From assembly GCA_964362535.1 (NCBI GenBank), contig CAYIEN010000001.1:16271-80270 (forward strand): a stretch of 64,000 nt of DNA, written 5' to 3'. This DNA is from an uncultured Methanosarcinales archaeon (lineage in GTDB: Archaea > Nanobdellota > Nanobdellia > Woesearchaeales > ARS49). The notes under the pieces were generated by a model that saw nothing but the letters and a program-made list of their open reading frames with translations, made no database searches and had not been told where the DNA came from. Of the stretch, positions 60,942-64,000 are shown piece by piece. How positions within the stretch are numbered: position 1 is the first letter of the stretch; the number at the start of each line of letters is the position of its first letter. Made by a program: the position numbers and the translations under genes.

Positions 60942-62245
60942 GCCGCGGACAATCCATCGTCGCAATGCCGTTATCGGAATTGCTTAGCATCATTCTTGTC
61001 GCCGTGCTTGTTATCGGTATAGGAATCTTTCTTGTTCGCGCGGTTTTTGTTAGCAATTCCAACGCCGAGACAGCATCCGTTTATAGTATGGTTTCCCTCG
61101 CGCACAGCATCAAAACATTAACAAGCAACCCACTTCCTTTTCAGCGTTCTTCAACAACAGTCTACATCGATTCAGGTATGGTTCTTGTAGGCTTTCCCCC
61201 CGGAAAACAAGGAGTGTCATATAATATTGAAGAATGGAATGCGGATGTTGTAACGGTAACACCTACCTATTTAGGAACGCCTGAGCTCTGCGGTAATACT
61301 GCTTGCTTATGTCTATTTTCTTCACTTGCCGAAAAACCTGTTTCTTGCGTGAATATGCAAGGCATTGGAAATTTTGTGACTTTTTCAAATACGGTAAATT
61401 CTGAACTCGGAGGGTTGTACAAGCCTCAGGTTAAAGAATTGGCAGAAACAACTTTCCAAGGCACGTGCTACCCCTATTCAAAGGATGCCTTCAAAAAAGT
61501 TCCTCCCCTGTACCCACTTGATTCAACAAAAGGTTGCGGATACACTCAAAAAGAACCAGCAAATCAATACGCCTCACTTGTTATTTTTAGTAACGGCAAT
61601 TTTAAAACACAAACGCTTGAAATTGAAAAGTCCATTCTTGCAGGCGAAACAAACATTCTCGTTTCTTTGCCATTATCTCCAATAATTATCGGTTTCCGCG
61701 ATAGCGCATTCCTAGACTATGCTCAAACGGATCTGCTAAAACTAGGGGATGATTCCTTTGCTCAAAAAGACTTTACTACTGCAATCAATCTGTATTCAGA
61801 ATACCTTGCAGTTGCAGAAACAAACCACTGGGACGACCAGGTAAAAATACCCATCTTTGAAAAAGTTTATTTCGCGCATGATGGCAACGCACGCGATGAA
61901 AAAGCAAATAGTGCTAGTAGAATAGAATCACTTCAATATGTTCTTGCAAACTATGAACAACTTATTGTTCGATTGCCCGCTTACAACTATGCAAACACCG
62001 AACTCGCCGTCCTGTGCGTAAAAAGCGTTCCAGGAGATACTGCATGTGCAGGTGTTCCTAAATTGTCCGCAACATTTAATGCGGTTGAAAATGGCGTCTG
62101 CGATGGTGTTGTCGAGCTCGAACGCTGCACAGCAGACCCGAAAACAAAACTTGCCTGCGTCAACAACGTGTGGACAAAAGCACCGTGCGGTTACGACTGC
62201 CAAAACAGCTATACTTCTGACGGCAAGTTGCAGGTGCTCTGTTGA
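60938..62245 (+). CDS. Class III signal-peptide (pilin-like) protein, 435 aa
   Basis: MSRGQ-SIVAMPLSELLSIILVAVLVIGIGIFLV with a Cys-rich C-terminus. ATGA overlap. Confidence 0.65.
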   Translation: MSRGQSIVAMPLSELLSIILVAVLVIGIGIFLVRAVFVSNSNAETASVYSMVSLAHSIKTLTSNPLPFQRSSTTVYIDSGMVLVGFPPGKQGVSYNIEEWNADVVTVTPTYLGTPELCGNTACLCLFSSLAEKPVSCVNMQGIGNFVTFSNTVNSELGGLYKPQVKELAETTFQGTCYPYSKDAFKKVPPLYPLDSTKGCGYTQKEPANQYASLVIFSNGNFKTQTLEIEKSILAGETNILVSLPLSPIIIGFRDSAFLDYAQTDLLKLGDDSFAQKDFTTAINLYSEYLAVAETNHWDDQVKIPIFEKVYFAHDGNARDEKANSASRIESLQYVLANYEQLIVRLPAYNYANTELAVLCVKSVPGDTACAGVPKLSATFNAVENGVCDGVVELERCTADPKTKLACVNNVWTKAPCGYDCQNSYTSDGKLQVLC

Positions 62246-63054
62246 ACCGACGCGGACAACAGCAGATGGTGTTGTTTGTGATAATGGAAATTGTTCTGGT
62301 GATTATAGCGACGACAGGCATGTTTGCTTTAGTTAATCGCGCGTCAACCAATTACACTCCTGAAAAAAATTATGCCGCCCGGGATTTAGCATTAACGCAC
62401 GACGCTATTGAAACAACAACTAACATTTATTACGAATTCTACGGTCCTGTTTTGAGCTATCTTCCGAAATCTAATCTAGGATTTACTAATGACGCTGCTC
62501 AAGTTGACGAGTTTACCAGTCCTATTTTACGCAACCTATTCCTTGCCGAACTCCCAACGTATTCTCCCATTGATAGAGTGCCTTTACAAACAGCAGCACG
62601 CGAATTTTCAAACGGTGCTTCAGTAAGAACTGCCAGCAAAGACAACGCCGTACCTTGTGCAGCAATCTCGTTCCATCCTGCGACTATTGCACTTATTCCC
62701 GTCACTGAAGCCAGCGTCGCATTCACCAACCTCATTGCGTCGACGGACAAACGCTTTATCCCCTCTACCGAAGAAAGAAAAGCACTCATTACTGATAACG
62801 GTCTCGCGCTTGCATCTTCAGCAAAAGCAGATCTGACAGTGTATGTCTTTGTCGCAGATACTCCTGGAATCAAAGTGTACGGAAGCAATGATGGTTATCT
62901 TGGCTGCAACATTGTCAATGCAGTGCTCGGCACGCAAAAAGTCGATGCAGCATACGTGCCATCCTTTGAAGACAAACCCTTACTCACCATAGGCATTAAT
63001 GCAGCGCTCACCATTCCAGCCAACGCCGACGCTGTCCGCAAGGTGCTCTCATGA
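62242..63054 (+). CDS. Class III signal-peptide (pilin-like) protein, 270 aa
   Basis: The TTG start gives MNRRGQ-QQMVLFVIMEIVLVIIATTGMFALV. TTGA overlap. Confidence 0.6.
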   Translation: MNRRGQQQMVLFVIMEIVLVIIATTGMFALVNRASTNYTPEKNYAARDLALTHDAIETTTNIYYEFYGPVLSYLPKSNLGFTNDAAQVDEFTSPILRNLFLAELPTYSPIDRVPLQTAAREFSNGASVRTASKDNAVPCAAISFHPATIALIPVTEASVAFTNLIASTDKRFIPSTEERKALITDNGLALASSAKADLTVYVFVADTPGIKVYGSNDGYLGCNIVNAVLGTQKVDAAYVPSFEDKPLLTIGINAALTIPANADAVRKVLS

Positions 63055-63539
63055 GAGGCCAAGTCTCCACCGGATACATGCTCTCCTGGATTATTTTCAC
63101 AGGAGCCATGCTCATTATTATTTTCGGAAGCTTACTTTTTTGGCTTGATGCAAAGTTAACCATTCATGCGGATACATTCCCCGCAGAAGCAGGACTGTAC
63201 GCCGATAGAGTGCTCTTTTCCAGCGATGGACTCGCTGCAGTAGATATCACTGGACGAACCCTCCCTGGCATCATTGACGCGAAAAAGTTATCAGACCCAC
63301 TTATCAGCGACCAGCTCAAACAAACCGCATCCGGCAAAGGCTTCGCCGCAAAAATACAAATAGGTGATGCCACAATCTATTCGGACGAAAAAAGATATGA
63401 TGCACTCATCCCCCAAACTGGCGGAACCGGTCCGGGTTCAACACAACAGCAAGCATTTACCTTTATGGTTTTGAAGAGAGAAGGAGAAAAAGACACGCCG
63501 GTCCTTGCCACTATTAACGTCGTCGGAGCTGCATCATGA
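63051..63539 (+). CDS. Class III signal-peptide (pilin-like) protein, 162 aa
   Basis: MRGQ-VSTGYMLSWIIFTGAMLIIIFGSLLF. ATGA overlap. Confidence 0.6.
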   Translation: MRGQVSTGYMLSWIIFTGAMLIIIFGSLLFWLDAKLTIHADTFPAEAGLYADRVLFSSDGLAAVDITGRTLPGIIDAKKLSDPLISDQLKQTASGKGFAAKIQIGDATIYSDEKRYDALIPQTGGTGPGSTQQQAFTFMVLKREGEKDTPVLATINVVGAAS

Positions 63540-64000
63540 GAGGACAACTCACGGGACGACTTTTGGTTATTATCTTCTCATGGGTAGGACTCATCGCCAT
63601 ACTTTTGCTCGGAATATTATTTTCTTACCTTTCAGGTCATCCCGCAACACCCACCGCAAGCGGAGTTACTTTGCCGTTTATGCAAACCACAATCCACTCA
63701 TATTTGTATCAAACCGTTGATGCAGGTTATGGAAACAACATTCCCTTTGCCGAATACATTGTTGGAGAATATCTGCAAGGCCGCACCGCGAATGTCGAAA
63801 CACAAACCAACACCTTCTTGTCAAAACTACCCGCAACAAAAGAAAAAGCCATCTTCATTTTTGTCGATAACGCAGTATTAAACGCAGACAAGCAAGGAGG
63901 AATCTTTTCCTGGCTGCATGTTGGATCAAACGCTTTCTTCACTCCTGAACAAACAGCCACCGCGTCATTTTCACTCCCTGACGGCCGCACTATCCGTGTA
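63536..64000 (+). CDS. Class III signal-peptide (pilin-like) protein, 3' end cut by the window edge; absent from the ORF track
   Basis: My translation is MRGQ-LTGRLLVIIFSWVGLIAILLLGILFSYLSGHPATP... It stays open for 155 codons to nt 64000. ATGA overlap with the upstream gene. Confidence 0.55.
   Translation, partial: MRGQLTGRLLVIIFSWVGLIAILLLGILFSYLSGHPATPTASGVTLPFMQTTIHSYLYQTVDAGYGNNIPFAEYIVGEYLQGRTANVETQTNTFLSKLPATKEKAIFIFVDNAVLNADKQGGIFSWLHVGSNAFFTPEQTATASFSLPDGRTIRV

Noticed and set aside
1-64000. CRISPR arrays, rRNA genes, canonical tRNA genes, transposases, integrases and prophage modules
   Set aside because: Reading the intergenic regions and ORF translations showed no regularly spaced direct repeats. 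I saw no recognisable recombinase or transposase motifs and no cloverleaf-compatible segments. A tRNAscan/Infernal run is still needed to exclude intron-containing or split tRNAs.

Overview
This is a gene-dense archaeal chromosomal segment. Most gene junctions are 1-4 nt overlaps of the ATGA, TTGA, TAATG or TGATG type. The backbone is archaeal information processing: EndA, RFC small subunit, FEN1, PCNA, PAN, Pelota, RadB, MBF1, NAC, Sec61beta, L14e, L34e, S2, archaeal TyrRS and PheRS alpha/beta, Rpp30 and a probable RNase P RNA. Bacterial-type GyrA, ScpB and an RsuA/RluB-type pseudouridine synthase sit among them. A small-genome DPANN-like archaeon is my inference only; no search could be run and all family calls rest on motifs read by eye. 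Several cell-envelope islands lie between the housekeeping genes. (1) 21.6-32.9 kb is one operon with an 857-aa Cys-rich secreted protein, a 1671-aa Cys-rich membrane-anchored giant protein and five proteins with class III (prepilin-type) signal peptides. (2) 57.6 kb to the window edge holds at least 14 consecutive class III signal-peptide genes, including five ~80-aa pilin-like proteins with a six-cysteine C-terminal knot and two 38-44-aa mini-pilins. (3) A paralogous lipoprotein family lies at 0.4-2.3 kb and 10.0-10.9 kb, next to two large membrane/surface proteins. (4) 43.9-49.8 kb is a glycosylation cluster with three GT-C-like proteins, a processive GT2 and a membrane-anchored thioredoxin-like CxxC protein. 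No pilus ATPase, platform protein or prepilin peptidase is recognisable in the window. Other points are three small ORFs absent from the track (Sec61beta, a Zn-ribbon protein and a pheS-pheT bridging micro-ORF), an unexplained 74% G+C hairpin between divergent promoters, and a MinD-type ATPase operon with two paralogous helical proteins. No CRISPR array, rRNA, canonical tRNA or mobile element was seen.
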